Shown in pieces: positions 18,150 through 30,304 of a DNA stretch of 64,000 nt. The position numbers and the translations under genes were made by a program. The notes beneath the pieces are model-generated. The model was not told where the DNA came from. It saw only the letters and a list, made by a program, of their open reading frames with translations, and ran no database searches. Numbering within the stretch: position 1 is the stretch's first letter; each line of letters opens with the position of its first letter. This DNA is from Candidatus Magasanikbacteria bacterium RIFCSPHIGHO2_01_FULL_33_34. GTDB lineage: Bacteria; Patescibacteriota; Patescibacteriia; Magasanikbacterales; UBA922. The DNA is taken from NCBI GenBank assembly GCA_001782825.1, contig MFPS01000008.1, forward strand, positions 73,012 through 137,011, written 5' to 3'.

Positions 18150-20720
18150 TTATAGTGATGGTTCTGTTGGTATTGGTTTTGCTTTGCTTGACGCATCGCC
18201 TATTTGCGTTCTGAGTAATAATTCTGTTTCTACTATTGTCTTGTCTCTGCCATATTTAAGGCGAGATAATTCTTTTATGGCACTAGCGAGTTCTTTGTTG
18301 CCTTTTTGTGGAGGATATACCATCATGTTGAATGGTCGGCTGGCAGTATTATCAATCAGTAACTTGGTATAACAAGTGTACTGTGGAACATTAATAAGGT
18401 CAAATGCTCCAAAAGTAGGGGTAAATTCTTTGGATAATAAATCTGCATCTTCTGGTCCAATTCTAAAGGAACATATAGTTCCAGCATTACCAAGGACTGC
18501 TTCTCTAATTTCACTTTTGCCTTTGCTATCTATCAATTGACCCATATATTGATGAGCAATGATCAGGTCTAATTTGTATTTACGAGCTTCAGATAGAATG
18601 GTTGAAATAGAATCAGTAATAAAATTTTGAAATTCATCAATATATAAGTAAAAATCTTTTCGTTCATCTTCAGGTATATCTGAACGACTGAGAGCGGCCA
18701 TTTGTAGTTTGGCTACAATTATCAGGCCAAGAAGTTTGGCATTTACTTCACCGGTGGTACCTTTGGCTAAGTTTACTAACAAAATCTTTTCATTGTCCAT
18801 TATGTTACGAAAATTAAACCCAGATTTTTGTTGTCCCATGATATTACGCATCATTTCATTCTCAACAAATCTACCAACTTTGGATATAAGGTATCCGAGC
18901 ATCTCTGATTTGTGGAAGTCTGATGTTTTGGCCATTTCTTTTTCCCAAAAAGCTTTTACAACTGGATCTTTGAGTTTTTTGAGGTATGTCTTTACATAGG
19001 TGTCATCTGTAAACATACGGGGTATATCTATGACTGTGCCTGTATCATTGATATCAGCCATCAATGTGAGCATCACATTGCGCATTTGGTGTTCAAACAT
19101 AGGCCCGATCATTTCTGGTGGAAAAAGTTTATAAAAAATCGAAATCATTTCTTGGACAGCAAAATCTTTTTGATCTTCGGTTTTTGCTTCAAGCATATTG
19201 AGACCGATTGGTCGTTCGGTGTCTGATGGATTAAAAATTATCACATCATCAACTCGATTTTTTGGTATATGTTCTAGTATGTCTTCAACTAGGTCTCCAT
19301 GAGGATCAATAACACAGACACCTTTATTATTTTTTATATCTTGAATAGCCAAATTTTTTATATATACAGATTTGCCAGAGCCTGATTTACCAATAATGTA
19401 TAGGTGTCTTCTGCGATCAGCTTCTTTCATATATATTGGCACATCTATGCCACGATATTGAGAATGACCTAATAGTAATCCTTCTTTTGCTATATTTGAT
19501 GGTGGTGGGGCTTTGCGGGAGTCAAGCCATTTTATGTTTGGTGCTTCAGTTGATCGAAGCGGTAAATGCCAAAGACCAGCCATTTCTTCTGTGTTCATTA
19601 TGGATTTATTTTTGTCAATAAATGATCTGTAAATAAAATCTCGGATTATAGTTGATTGAGTACGTGGAATACTTGCTTCAAAACTATTGCCATATCTATA
19701 TAAATTGTATTGGCTAAAAGAATTTACAAGATTATGGATATTTTCTCTGGCTATATTTTCATCATCAGCAACACTCAAAATACGAATATTTACATCAACA
19801 CCACCTTTGGCTAATTTATCTTCAATACCTTTTATCATTTCTTCTTCTTTTTGTGATAGTTGGTATTTATTTTCAGTTAATGTATCTTTTTTTTCTTTTT
19901 TTCCAAAAACATTTTCTCCAACAGCTCTTAAAAATTTTCCAAACCAATTAGTATGGACAACAGATTCAAATTTTTTGCCTTTTCGTACTTCTCGCACTAT
20001 TTCTATTCCTTTTCTTCGCCATTTTTTGGGGGCTGATCTTATTACAAATTGGATAGCAGCTGAACTGTTTTTTTCATATATTTTGGCTAAACTATTGAGG
20101 ACACTAGCCAATGGGTCTGAGTCCATATTTTTGTAAGTTTTTAAAGGAAAGACACCAATTTGTTTGGTGGTGAGATATGCACCAACGATTTTACTAGATT
20201 CACTAAAAATATTATAATCCTCAATCATTTCTATCTCTGCATATGGATATTGAGCTTGGATTTGTTGTTCAATCATTGTTTTCATTTTTGTTGGTGAATC
20301 AATATAAAAATATATTAAATTATTTTGAACAACTATTTCGAAGGAAAAATGATCTGTACGACCAAGAAGCCAATTTTTAAAGCCAGATTGAGCTTTAAGT
20401 CCGGCAATAGAGGAGAAAAATGTTTCTGTAATAGCGATTTCTTCTTTCACTTGATCCAATCTGTCATCTTGGCTTATCTGACCACCTTGTCCTTCTGATT
20501 TTCTTTCTTTTGGGACTAATATTTTGATTAAAGTTCTGTTAAAGGCTTTATTTGTTTTGTATTTATTTTTTAAGATTGCTCTTATTAAAAAAAGCCCGCC
20601 AACTAAGATAAGAGCTGTAATAATAATTAAAAGTAACCAGAAAAAAATAGGATTATTGAATGCCCCAAGTGAACGAGGATCTGTAGTAGGGGTTACAGTA
20701 AATTGAAATAATCCTATCAT
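18150..20720 (-). CDS. Membrane-anchored T4SS-type ATPase (VirB4/TraC or VirD4/TraG-like; HerA/FtsK superfamily P-loop NTPase)
   Basis: 856 aa. One N-terminal TM (IFFWLLLIIITALILVGGLFLIRAIL), a roughly 380-aa N-terminal domain, Walker A YIIGKSGSGKSVY at about residue 445, Walker B FYLYIDEFQNF at about 690, and LIIAHQ. The layout is VirB4-like. I could not assign the family more precisely. Confidence 0.65.
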   Translation of the reverse strand: MIGLFQFTVTPTTDPRSLGAFNNPIFFWLLLIIITALILVGGLFLIRAILKNKYKTNKAFNRTLIKILVPKERKSEGQGGQISQDDRLDQVKEEIAITETFFSSIAGLKAQSGFKNWLLGRTDHFSFEIVVQNNLIYFYIDSPTKMKTMIEQQIQAQYPYAEIEMIEDYNIFSESSKIVGAYLTTKQIGVFPLKTYKNMDSDPLASVLNSLAKIYEKNSSAAIQFVIRSAPKKWRRKGIEIVREVRKGKKFESVVHTNWFGKFLRAVGENVFGKKEKKDTLTENKYQLSQKEEEMIKGIEDKLAKGGVDVNIRILSVADDENIARENIHNLVNSFSQYNLYRYGNSFEASIPRTQSTIIRDFIYRSFIDKNKSIMNTEEMAGLWHLPLRSTEAPNIKWLDSRKAPPPSNIAKEGLLLGHSQYRGIDVPIYMKEADRRRHLYIIGKSGSGKSVYIKNLAIQDIKNNKGVCVIDPHGDLVEDILEHIPKNRVDDVIIFNPSDTERPIGLNMLEAKTEDQKDFAVQEMISIFYKLFPPEMIGPMFEHQMRNVMLTLMADINDTGTVIDIPRMFTDDTYVKTYLKKLKDPVVKAFWEKEMAKTSDFHKSEMLGYLISKVGRFVENEMMRNIMGQQKSGFNFRNIMDNEKILLVNLAKGTTGEVNAKLLGLIIVAKLQMAALSRSDIPEDERKDFYLYIDEFQNFITDSISTILSEARKYKLDLIIAHQYMGQLIDSKGKSEIREAVLGNAGTICSFRIGPEDADLLSKEFTPTFGAFDLINVPQYTCYTKLLIDNTASRPFNMMVYPPQKGNKELASAIKELSRLKYGRDKTIVETELLLRTQIGDASSKAKPIPTEPSL

Positions 20721-20748
20721 AAAATTAGAAAAGATTTATAATTTTTTA

Positions 20749-21315
20749 TTATAAACCATCGTTTATTTTTTTTAGTGAAATAATTTTGTCGGCTTTAATT
20801 TTTGCCTCTTGCTCTAAAAAGAAACGATTTACACCAGGTAATAGTCTGAGCCATTCAAGTAATAGTTGAAAGATTTTTTTTATTTTTATTTTACTTGATT
20901 TTAGTAATTTACGGATTTCAATAGCAGTTCTTTCACCATGTATTTTAAATTCTTGTTTTTGAATGGGTGTCATTTCTTTGAATGCGTCAGCCAAGCCTTC
21001 TTCCATTATTTTTTCGACTTTGATTGTTATTTCATCGCGTACCTCTGGGACTTGAGTTGGTTTTCTTTTGGTATGCTTTAGATTGTCTTTTAAATTTTTT
21101 ATGGCATCATCCAAAAATTTGCTGTCTTCTTTGACAGATATTTCTTGTGGAGTTTGTTCTGTTTCTCTTAATTGTTCTGTAGACTGTATTTCTGGTGTAA
21201 TTTCAGGTATTTGAGTTTCCATTTCTGGTGGATTATTGTGGGCAGGGGAAACATCTTTTGGAGAAATTCCAGGCGGTTTTGTATTTGTTGAAGGCATATA
21301 TACATTGAAATACAA
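20749..21315 (-). CDS. Hypothetical protein with a Pro/Glu/Thr-rich N-terminus; first gene of the three-gene operon
   Basis: 188 aa. PPGISPKDVSPAHNNPPEMETQIPEITPEIQ... followed by an amphipathic C-terminus. No known motif. Confidence 0.45.
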   Translation of the reverse strand: MYFNVYMPSTNTKPPGISPKDVSPAHNNPPEMETQIPEITPEIQSTEQLRETEQTPQEISVKEDSKFLDDAIKNLKDNLKHTKRKPTQVPEVRDEITIKVEKIMEEGLADAFKEMTPIQKQEFKIHGERTAIEIRKLLKSSKIKIKKIFQLLLEWLRLLPGVNRFFLEQEAKIKADKIISLKKINDGL

Positions 21316-21530
21316 AAGTTAAACAACTTTTGTGTATTTTACGCAAATTCATTATACCAAAAAAAACAAAAAAATACTATAAAATTGTTAATTACGATAT
21401 AAATTTGTTTTTTAAATTTAAAAACGTTTGTAACTTTCAAAATATAGTTTATTGGTTTTGTATTAATTACTTGCTTTTTCAACATTATTTACTCCAATTA
21501 GATTAGCAGATAGATAAGTTTTCATATTAT

Positions 21531-22895
21531 TTATATCTGAGATATTTTTTGTCCATCTGCTGTATCATCCACATCAATTCCTATATTTTTTAATTCTTCT
21601 CTCAATTTGTCACTTTCACTCCAGTTTTTTTCATTTCTAGCTTTTTGTCTTTCATCAAGTATGGTTTGTATTTCATCTGTTATTTCAATTTTAGTATCAG
21701 GTTCATGCAAATCTAGGGCAAAAATTTTGTCAAACATTATTATTGTGTCTAAATTTACTTTATTTTCTTTGATAGCACTCCACAATATAGCTAATGCTTC
21801 AGGAATATTGAGATCATTGTTGATTGCCTTTAGAAACTCTATTTCGATAATTGGGTCAGTTAGGGCATTTGGGCCAATGTTTCTGATTTGTTTTCGTAAG
21901 TTTTTTAAGCCAAGTTGGGCAGAATTGATGGCGTCCCATGAAAAATTTGTTTGTTTTCTGTAGTGGCTTTGCAGTATAAAATATCTATAGCTGAGAGGAT
22001 CAATTTCTTTGTCTTTGAGTGTTTGGAGAGTAATAAAATTTCCACTTGATTTGGCCATTTTTTCATTACCCATGATCAAAAATTCATTGTGAAACCAATA
22101 TTTTACCCATGGTTTTAAACCAGTGACACTTTCAGCTTGGGCAATTTCATTGGTGTGATGGACTGGAATATGGTCTATACCGCCTGCGTGGATATCAAAT
22201 TGATCTCCCAAGTATTTCATACTCATAGCAGAACATTCTATGTGCCAACCAGGGAAACCTTTTTTACCAAATGCTTCCCATTCCATTTGTCTTTTTTCTT
22301 GTTCATTACTAAATTTCCACAAGGCAAAATCATGTGGATTTTTCTTTTCGCCGATGTCTACTCTTTTACCAGCTTCTAATTCTTGTTTTTGTAGATTGGC
22401 AAGTTTTCCATAATCTTTTATTTTGGTTGTGTCAAAATATATTCCGTCGGTAGTTTCATAGGTATATCCACCATCAATCAGATCTTGGACTTGTTTGATT
22501 TGTTCGGGTATATGTTCAGTAGCTTTACACCAGATATTTGGTTCAAGAATATTTAGATCTTGTAGATTATTTTTGAATGCATTTGTATAAAAATCAGCAA
22601 TTTGGATAGCAGTTTTACCTTCTCTTTGAGCGCCTTTTTCCATTTTATCTTCGCCTGTGTCAGCATCATCAGTCAAATGTCCTACATCAGTTATATTCAT
22701 TACATGTTTTATTTTATATCCATTATATTTGAGTACTCTGCGCAAAATATCTTGAGAAATATAGGCTCTTAGATTGCCAATATGAGCATAATTATACACA
22801 GTCGGACCACAAGCATAAAAACCTATGGTTGTATTCATGGGTTCAAAGTTTTCTGTATTGTGAGTAAGTGTATTATAAATTTTTAATTTTGGCAT
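21531..22895 (-). CDS. cysS: Cysteinyl-tRNA synthetase
   Basis: 454 aa. HIGH motif (NYAHIGNLRAY), KMSKS motif (KMAKSSGN), CGPTVY, and Zn-binding Cys/His. Confidence 0.9.
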   Translation of the reverse strand: MPKLKIYNTLTHNTENFEPMNTTIGFYACGPTVYNYAHIGNLRAYISQDILRRVLKYNGYKIKHVMNITDVGHLTDDADTGEDKMEKGAQREGKTAIQIADFYTNAFKNNLQDLNILEPNIWCKATEHIPEQIKQVQDLIDGGYTYETTDGIYFDTTKIKDYGKLANLQKQELEAGKRVDIGEKKNPHDFALWKFSNEQEKRQMEWEAFGKKGFPGWHIECSAMSMKYLGDQFDIHAGGIDHIPVHHTNEIAQAESVTGLKPWVKYWFHNEFLIMGNEKMAKSSGNFITLQTLKDKEIDPLSYRYFILQSHYRKQTNFSWDAINSAQLGLKNLRKQIRNIGPNALTDPIIEIEFLKAINNDLNIPEALAILWSAIKENKVNLDTIIMFDKIFALDLHEPDTKIEITDEIQTILDERQKARNEKNWSESDKLREELKNIGIDVDDTADGQKISQI

Positions 22896-23046
22896 ACCTA
22901 GAGTCTAGATTATTCTTAATAATCATAATATTACCTTATATATATATTATTATCAAATAAGTTGTGATAGAGTATTTATGTGGACATCTCTATAAAATAT
23001 ATTTTAGTTATGTTATAATATATTTACATAAAATAATTGATTAACT

Positions 23047-24195
23047 ATGTTATCAAGAAAATCATCTAATGCTTCGCTGGGGGTAGATATTGGTGCAGGA
23101 GGTATTAAGCTAGTTGAACTTCAAAAACAAAAAGGGAGGCCACGTTTGTGGACATATGCAATTGTCGATCAAGAGATTGATATACATATAAAAAGAATGG
23201 CAGACAAGAGTCCTCAAGATTTACTTGATGAAAAACAAGGGGATCTTTCTATGATGATGAAAGGAAAACATCAAAAAAATAATCAATTAATTATTGAAAA
23301 AGACCCTAGAATTGATGAATATGCTAAGTTATTGCGTTATGCAGTAGACAAGGCCAAGATTACTGCCAAAAAAGTAACTGCGAGTTTACCTGTCTCGCAT
23401 ATTTTTCATGCAATTGTAAATTTGCCATTGGTTAATGAAAAAGAACTAGCTTTTCATGTAGAAGCAAAAGTTAAAAAGATGTTACCGCAACCGATTGAAG
23501 AAATGCAAGTTGTGCATCAGGTTATTCCTCAAGAGAATAAAGATTCAAAAAGTATCAAAACTTTGGTAACTGCAGCGCCAAAACAAATTGTAAAATTTTA
23601 TACAGATATATTCCAAAAAGCTGGTTTGCAGTTGACAGAATTAGAAACAGAAGCATTTGCATTGGAGCGTTCACTTGTGGGAATTGACAAGGCAACTGTA
23701 ATGGTGGTGGATATTGGTGCAGAGAGAACAAATTTTTTTATAATGGATCAAGGATTTCCCATTACACACAGAAGTGTGCAGATTGGTGGGGATGTGCTAG
23801 GGGCAATTTTACAACAAAATCTTGGCTTGGATGATGAAGAAGTATCGGCTATTAAAACCGATGTATCAAAATTGTCTTTTGATAGACTCCCAGAAGGAAT
23901 GTTTACTAGATTGGTGGAGCCAATAATAAAAGAGATTCAATATAGTTTTGAATTATTTTTACATCAAACTGGAAATGAAAATAAAAAACCGGAAAAAATT
24001 ATATTGACTGGAGGTGCTGCTACCTTTCCGTTATTTGTAGAAGCAATTAGCCGAGAATTTTCTATGAAAGTTTTTGTAGGTGATCCTTGGGCTCGGGTTG
24101 TTTATCAACAAGGTTTAAAAGGTATACTTGATCAATTGGGCCCAAGAATGGCAGTAAGTATTGGTTTGGCATTACGTGGAATTGTAGAAAAATAA
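23047..24195 (+). CDS. pilM: Type IV pilus assembly protein PilM (actin-like ATPase fold)
   Basis: 382 aa. GVDIGAGGIKLVEL N-terminal motif and a second ASKHA motif VVDIGAERTNFFI. Precedes the pilin and pilD genes. Confidence 0.8.
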   Translation: MLSRKSSNASLGVDIGAGGIKLVELQKQKGRPRLWTYAIVDQEIDIHIKRMADKSPQDLLDEKQGDLSMMMKGKHQKNNQLIIEKDPRIDEYAKLLRYAVDKAKITAKKVTASLPVSHIFHAIVNLPLVNEKELAFHVEAKVKKMLPQPIEEMQVVHQVIPQENKDSKSIKTLVTAAPKQIVKFYTDIFQKAGLQLTELETEAFALERSLVGIDKATVMVVDIGAERTNFFIMDQGFPITHRSVQIGGDVLGAILQQNLGLDDEEVSAIKTDVSKLSFDRLPEGMFTRLVEPIIKEIQYSFELFLHQTGNENKKPEKIILTGGAATFPLFVEAISREFSMKVFVGDPWARVVYQQGLKGILDQLGPRMAVSIGLALRGIVEK

Positions 24196-24277
24196 ATTTT
24201 TAAAAACTATTATCCACATTTTCATTAACATATAATTAAATATACTGTATACTAGTAAGTAGATTAATAAAATTTTT

Positions 24278-24655
24278 ATGTCAGAAAAACAAAAAGTGAT
24301 ATTATTGGTTGAAGATGATTCTTTTTTATCTAATATTTATAAGACTAAATTTGAAATGGAAGGTTATCAGGTTATAGTAGCTATGGATGGTGAGGTAGGA
24401 CTTAATTATGCCAAAACAAAAAATCCAGATTTGATTTTACTTGATATTCTTTTGCCCAAAATGGATGGTTTTTCAGTTCTCAAAGAAATAAAGGCTGACG
24501 AAAAATCAAAAAATATTCCAGTAATACTTTTGACAAATTTGGGACAAAAGGATGATGTAAGTAAAGGACTTGAACTAGGAGCAGTGGATTATTTAATCAA
24601 AGCTCACTTCAAACCATCAGAAACAGTTGGTAAGGTTAGGAAAATTATCGGTTAA
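24278..24655 (+). CDS. Stand-alone response-regulator receiver domain (CheY-like)
   Basis: 125 aa. VLLVEDD, phospho-acceptor Asp in LILLDILLP, and T/K in PVILLTNLGQKDD. No output domain. Confidence 0.8.
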   Translation: MSEKQKVILLVEDDSFLSNIYKTKFEMEGYQVIVAMDGEVGLNYAKTKNPDLILLDILLPKMDGFSVLKEIKADEKSKNIPVILLTNLGQKDDVSKGLELGAVDYLIKAHFKPSETVGKVRKIIG

Positions 24656-24699
24656 CAAGATTAATTTATGTTATTTTTACATAGAAGGGAGGTGAGACC

Positions 24700-25164
24700 A
24701 TGAATAAAAAAGGATTTACTTTGATCGAATTGCTTGTTGTAATTGCAATCATTGGCCTACTATCCACTTTGGCTGTGGTAGCATTGAGTTCGGCTCGTGA
24801 AAAAGCAAGAGATTCAAAGCGTTTATCTGATTTGAAACAAATTCAAACAGCTTTAGAATTATACTATACAGATAATAGTGAGTATCCAGCTACTGCCGTA
24901 GGTGGGACATTCACTCTTGGAGACGGTGCTACAGCTGATTGTCTTGACGGTGGTGGTATTACAGGAGCTTGTGCTACTGCACCTACATATATGGGATTAG
25001 TACCTTCAGATCCGCAGACTGGTACAACTGACTATGTATATCAAGATAATAGTGGTGACACATCTGCATATGATATTCGCGCAACTTTAGAAGGTACAGT
25101 TGGCGCACTTGATGATTGTATTCAAATGACTCCATCTGGAATATTGAATATAGCTTGTCCATAA
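24700..25164 (+). CDS. Type IV pilin / pseudopilin (prepilin with N-terminal methylation motif)
   Basis: MNKKGFTLIELLVVIAIIGLLSTLAVVAL: class III signal G|FTLIEL. C-terminal Cys pair. Confidence 0.8.
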   Translation: MNKKGFTLIELLVVIAIIGLLSTLAVVALSSAREKARDSKRLSDLKQIQTALELYYTDNSEYPATAVGGTFTLGDGATADCLDGGGITGACATAPTYMGLVPSDPQTGTTDYVYQDNSGDTSAYDIRATLEGTVGALDDCIQMTPSGILNIACP

Positions 25165-25186
25165 TACGTTTTCGTATACGTAAACT

Positions 25187-25217
25187 TAAAAAATCCCCAA
25201 ATAAAGGGGATTTTTTA
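25187..25217 (+). terminator. Rho-independent terminator after the pilin gene
   Basis: aaaaATCCCCaaataaaGGGGATtttttt. Confidence 0.6.
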
Positions 25218-25334
25218 ATGTACTTTATATATTTAGTATTTTTTTGGGCATGTGATATAATTATAAAATAAAATACACATTATGATATAAAATTAGTAAA
25301 TTATATTGTGTAAATTATGTATTAATATAAACCT

Positions 25335-28137
<2,803 letters not shown>

Positions 28138-28141
28138 AAAA

Positions 28142-28428
28142 AGTGAGGGCGCCATGCAAGCTGTACAAGCCAAGCTGGGGGCCCTCGTGGTGAGTGTCGC
28201 TTTTTCTAAGCATCGTGGCAGTATATATAATAAATCTGCTTAGAAATGGACTGGTGGATTCGCACTTTACTCCTTATGCCGTGGCAATAAGGTTGTCTAG
28301 CTACCTTTTGAGCCTTTGTGACTTGGCCAAACTTTGGTTGCCCTTCTTTGTCTCTGGGATGAGACTAGAGGTTTTCCGGTTCGCCAACCGACGTAGTAAA
28401 GATTCATCCACCCTCACTTTTTTGAGGC
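28142..28428. other. GC-rich (about 50% versus about 30% background) roughly 290-bp element bounded by a perfect 8-bp inverted repeat (AGTGAGGG...CCCTCACT) followed by a T-tract; candidate structured ncRNA or MITE-like insertion between ligA and gatC
   Basis: Compositional island. Terminal inverted repeat 28142-28149 and 28421-28428. Internal hairpin GAGGGCGCC...GGGGCCCTC. The ORFs on it (28194-28469 plus, 27952-28173 minus) look non-coding. No match to tmRNA, RNase P, SRP or T-box consensus that I can recall. Confidence 0.3.
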
Positions 28429-28524
28429 TACACTATTTTTTGTATTTTGTCAAGTTTGCTTGCGGATAATGTACTAATAATGTAAAATAATAGTAATTAA
28501 ACTTGTAAGAGTTATTTTTAAAAT

Positions 28525-28824
28525 ATGTCTAAACTAACTGTAGAAGAAATTGAGATGGTAGCTGATTTAGCGCGTTTGGAATTGAGTGATAGCGAAAAGG
28601 AAATGTATTCAAAACAATTGTCTGTTATTTTTGATTATGTGGATATGCTTGATGAAGTTAATACAGTAGATATTGTAGAAACATGCCAAGTAACAGGGCT
28701 TGAGGATGTTTTTCGAGATGATGTGGTTGAGGTTTCAGATTCAGAGGTAGTAAAAAAATTAATTGCGCAATTTCCAGACAAAGTTGATAATTTATTAAAA
28801 GTAAAACAGGTTTTTGATAATTAG
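28525..28824 (+). CDS. gatC: Glutamyl/aspartyl-tRNA amidotransferase subunit C
   Basis: 99 aa. MSKLTVEEIEMVADLARLELSDSEKEMYSKQLSVIFDYVDML. Immediately upstream of gatA. Confidence 0.8.
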   Translation: MSKLTVEEIEMVADLARLELSDSEKEMYSKQLSVIFDYVDMLDEVNTVDIVETCQVTGLEDVFRDDVVEVSDSEVVKKLIAQFPDKVDNLLKVKQVFDN

Positions 28825-28862
28825 TTAGTAGGTATGGGTACTCAAATGTATATAAATTAATT

Positions 28863-30296
28863 ATGTTATTAAATGAATTGACAATTACTCAAGCAAGAGA
28901 GGGTTTGGACAAAAAAAAGTTTTCTGCAATGGATATTACTAAAGCTTGTTTGCATAGAATAAAAGAACGCAATGAAAAGATTAATGCTTTTATAACTGTA
29001 TTTGAAGAAACTGCTTTACATGAAGCGCAAATTGCTGATGATATGATTGCTAGAGGAGAAATTTATGATTTGACTGGCATACCATTTAGTGTAAAAGATG
29101 CAATTTGTACCAAAGATAGTCGTTCAACTGGAGCGGGTAAAATTTTGGATGATTATGTTCCGCCATATGACGCAACTGTAATAAAAAAAATAAGGAAACA
29201 GGGAGCAATTCTTTTGGGGAAAACTAATTGTGATGCATTTGGCCATGGAGCTAGTAATGAAAATTCAATGTATGGTCCAGTTAGAAATCCACATGATTTA
29301 GAAAGAGTGTCAGGTGGTTCTTCTGGTGGATCAGCTGCGTCTGTGGCTGATAATATGTGTGTTTTTTCTATTGCAGAAGATACTGGTGGTTCAATTAGAC
29401 AGCCAGCGAGTTTTTGTGGGGTAGTGGGTTTGCGACCAAGTTATGGGAGGAATTCTCGTTATGGGATAATGCCAATGGCTAGCTCTTTGGATACAGTTGG
29501 TCCTATTACCAAGACTGTGGCGGATTTGGCAGTTGTACAGAGAATTATTGCCGGACACGATATCAAGGATTCTACAACTGTAACAAATAATGTTCCAGAA
29601 TATTCACAATTGTTACACAAATCAATTGAAGGATTAAAAATAGGAGTTCCAAAAGAATATTTTGAAATTGATGGCATGGATAGTGAAATTAAAACTATTA
29701 TTAAAAATAAAATAAAAAATATAGAAAGTTTGGGTTGCGAGATTGTCAGTGTTAGTTTGCCACATACAAAGTATGCAATTCCAGTTTATTATTTAATTGT
29801 ACCAAGTGAAGACAGTTCAAATTTAGGTAGACTTGATGGGATTAGGTATGGGGTCCAAGCTGAAGCTCAAAATTTGCATGATATATATACAAAATCTAGA
29901 GCACAAGGATTTCCAGAAGAAGTGAAACGTAGAATTATGATTGGAACTTATGCATTGTCCTCTGGGTATTATGATGCTTATTATCGCAAAGCCCAAAAGG
30001 TGAGAACTTTGATTTGTCAGGATTTTGAAAGAGTATTTGAACAAGTTGATTTGTTGGTAACACCGACAAATCCATCTCCAGCTTTTAAGCTAGGAGAAAA
30101 AAAAGATGATGTACTGTCTATGTATTTAGCGGATGTATTTGTAAGTCCATCAGCTATTGCTGGAGTGCCTAGCATGTCTATTCCAGTTGAAAAAACAAAA
30201 AAAGGATTACCAGTGGGTCTACATATAATTGGACCAAGATTATTTGAAGGTAGGGTTATGCAATTGGGTTATGCAATTGAAAAATTTAATAATTAG
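28863..30296 (+). CDS. gatA: Glutamyl/aspartyl-tRNA amidotransferase subunit A (amidase signature family)
   Basis: 477 aa. Amidase signature GGSSGGSAASVA and the Ser-cisSer-Lys triad context. Confidence 0.9.
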   Translation: MLLNELTITQAREGLDKKKFSAMDITKACLHRIKERNEKINAFITVFEETALHEAQIADDMIARGEIYDLTGIPFSVKDAICTKDSRSTGAGKILDDYVPPYDATVIKKIRKQGAILLGKTNCDAFGHGASNENSMYGPVRNPHDLERVSGGSSGGSAASVADNMCVFSIAEDTGGSIRQPASFCGVVGLRPSYGRNSRYGIMPMASSLDTVGPITKTVADLAVVQRIIAGHDIKDSTTVTNNVPEYSQLLHKSIEGLKIGVPKEYFEIDGMDSEIKTIIKNKIKNIESLGCEIVSVSLPHTKYAIPVYYLIVPSEDSSNLGRLDGIRYGVQAEAQNLHDIYTKSRAQGFPEEVKRRIMIGTYALSSGYYDAYYRKAQKVRTLICQDFERVFEQVDLLVTPTNPSPAFKLGEKKDDVLSMYLADVFVSPSAIAGVPSMSIPVEKTKKGLPVGLHIIGPRLFEGRVMQLGYAIEKFNN

Positions 30297-30304
30297 ATAT
30301 TTTT

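Noticed and set aside
22896-23046. The strand-bias switch (minus genes up to cysS, plus genes from pilM) as a possible replication origin. Scattered DnaA-box matches: TGTGGACAT and TGTGATAGA near 22960-23000, perfect TTATCCACA at 24210-24218, perfect TGTGGATAA at 16961-16969, and AGTGGATAA at 43568.
   Set aside because: No dnaA or dnaN is nearby. There is no cluster of three or more boxes and no AT-rich DNA-unwinding-element repeats. A perfect 9-mer is expected about once by chance in 64 kb of AT-rich sequence. The isolated boxes may still be regulatory, but an origin call is unsupported.
28142-28428. Tried to read the GC-rich element as tmRNA, as RNase P RNA or as a T-box leader for gatCAB.
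   Set aside because: For tmRNA there is no GGGG...CCCC acceptor and no T-arm with CCA. For RNase P RNA there are no P4-forming CR-I or CR-V motifs. For a T-box, the only AGGGUGG-like sequence is on the wrong strand. It is kept as an unknown structured element, not a named RNA.
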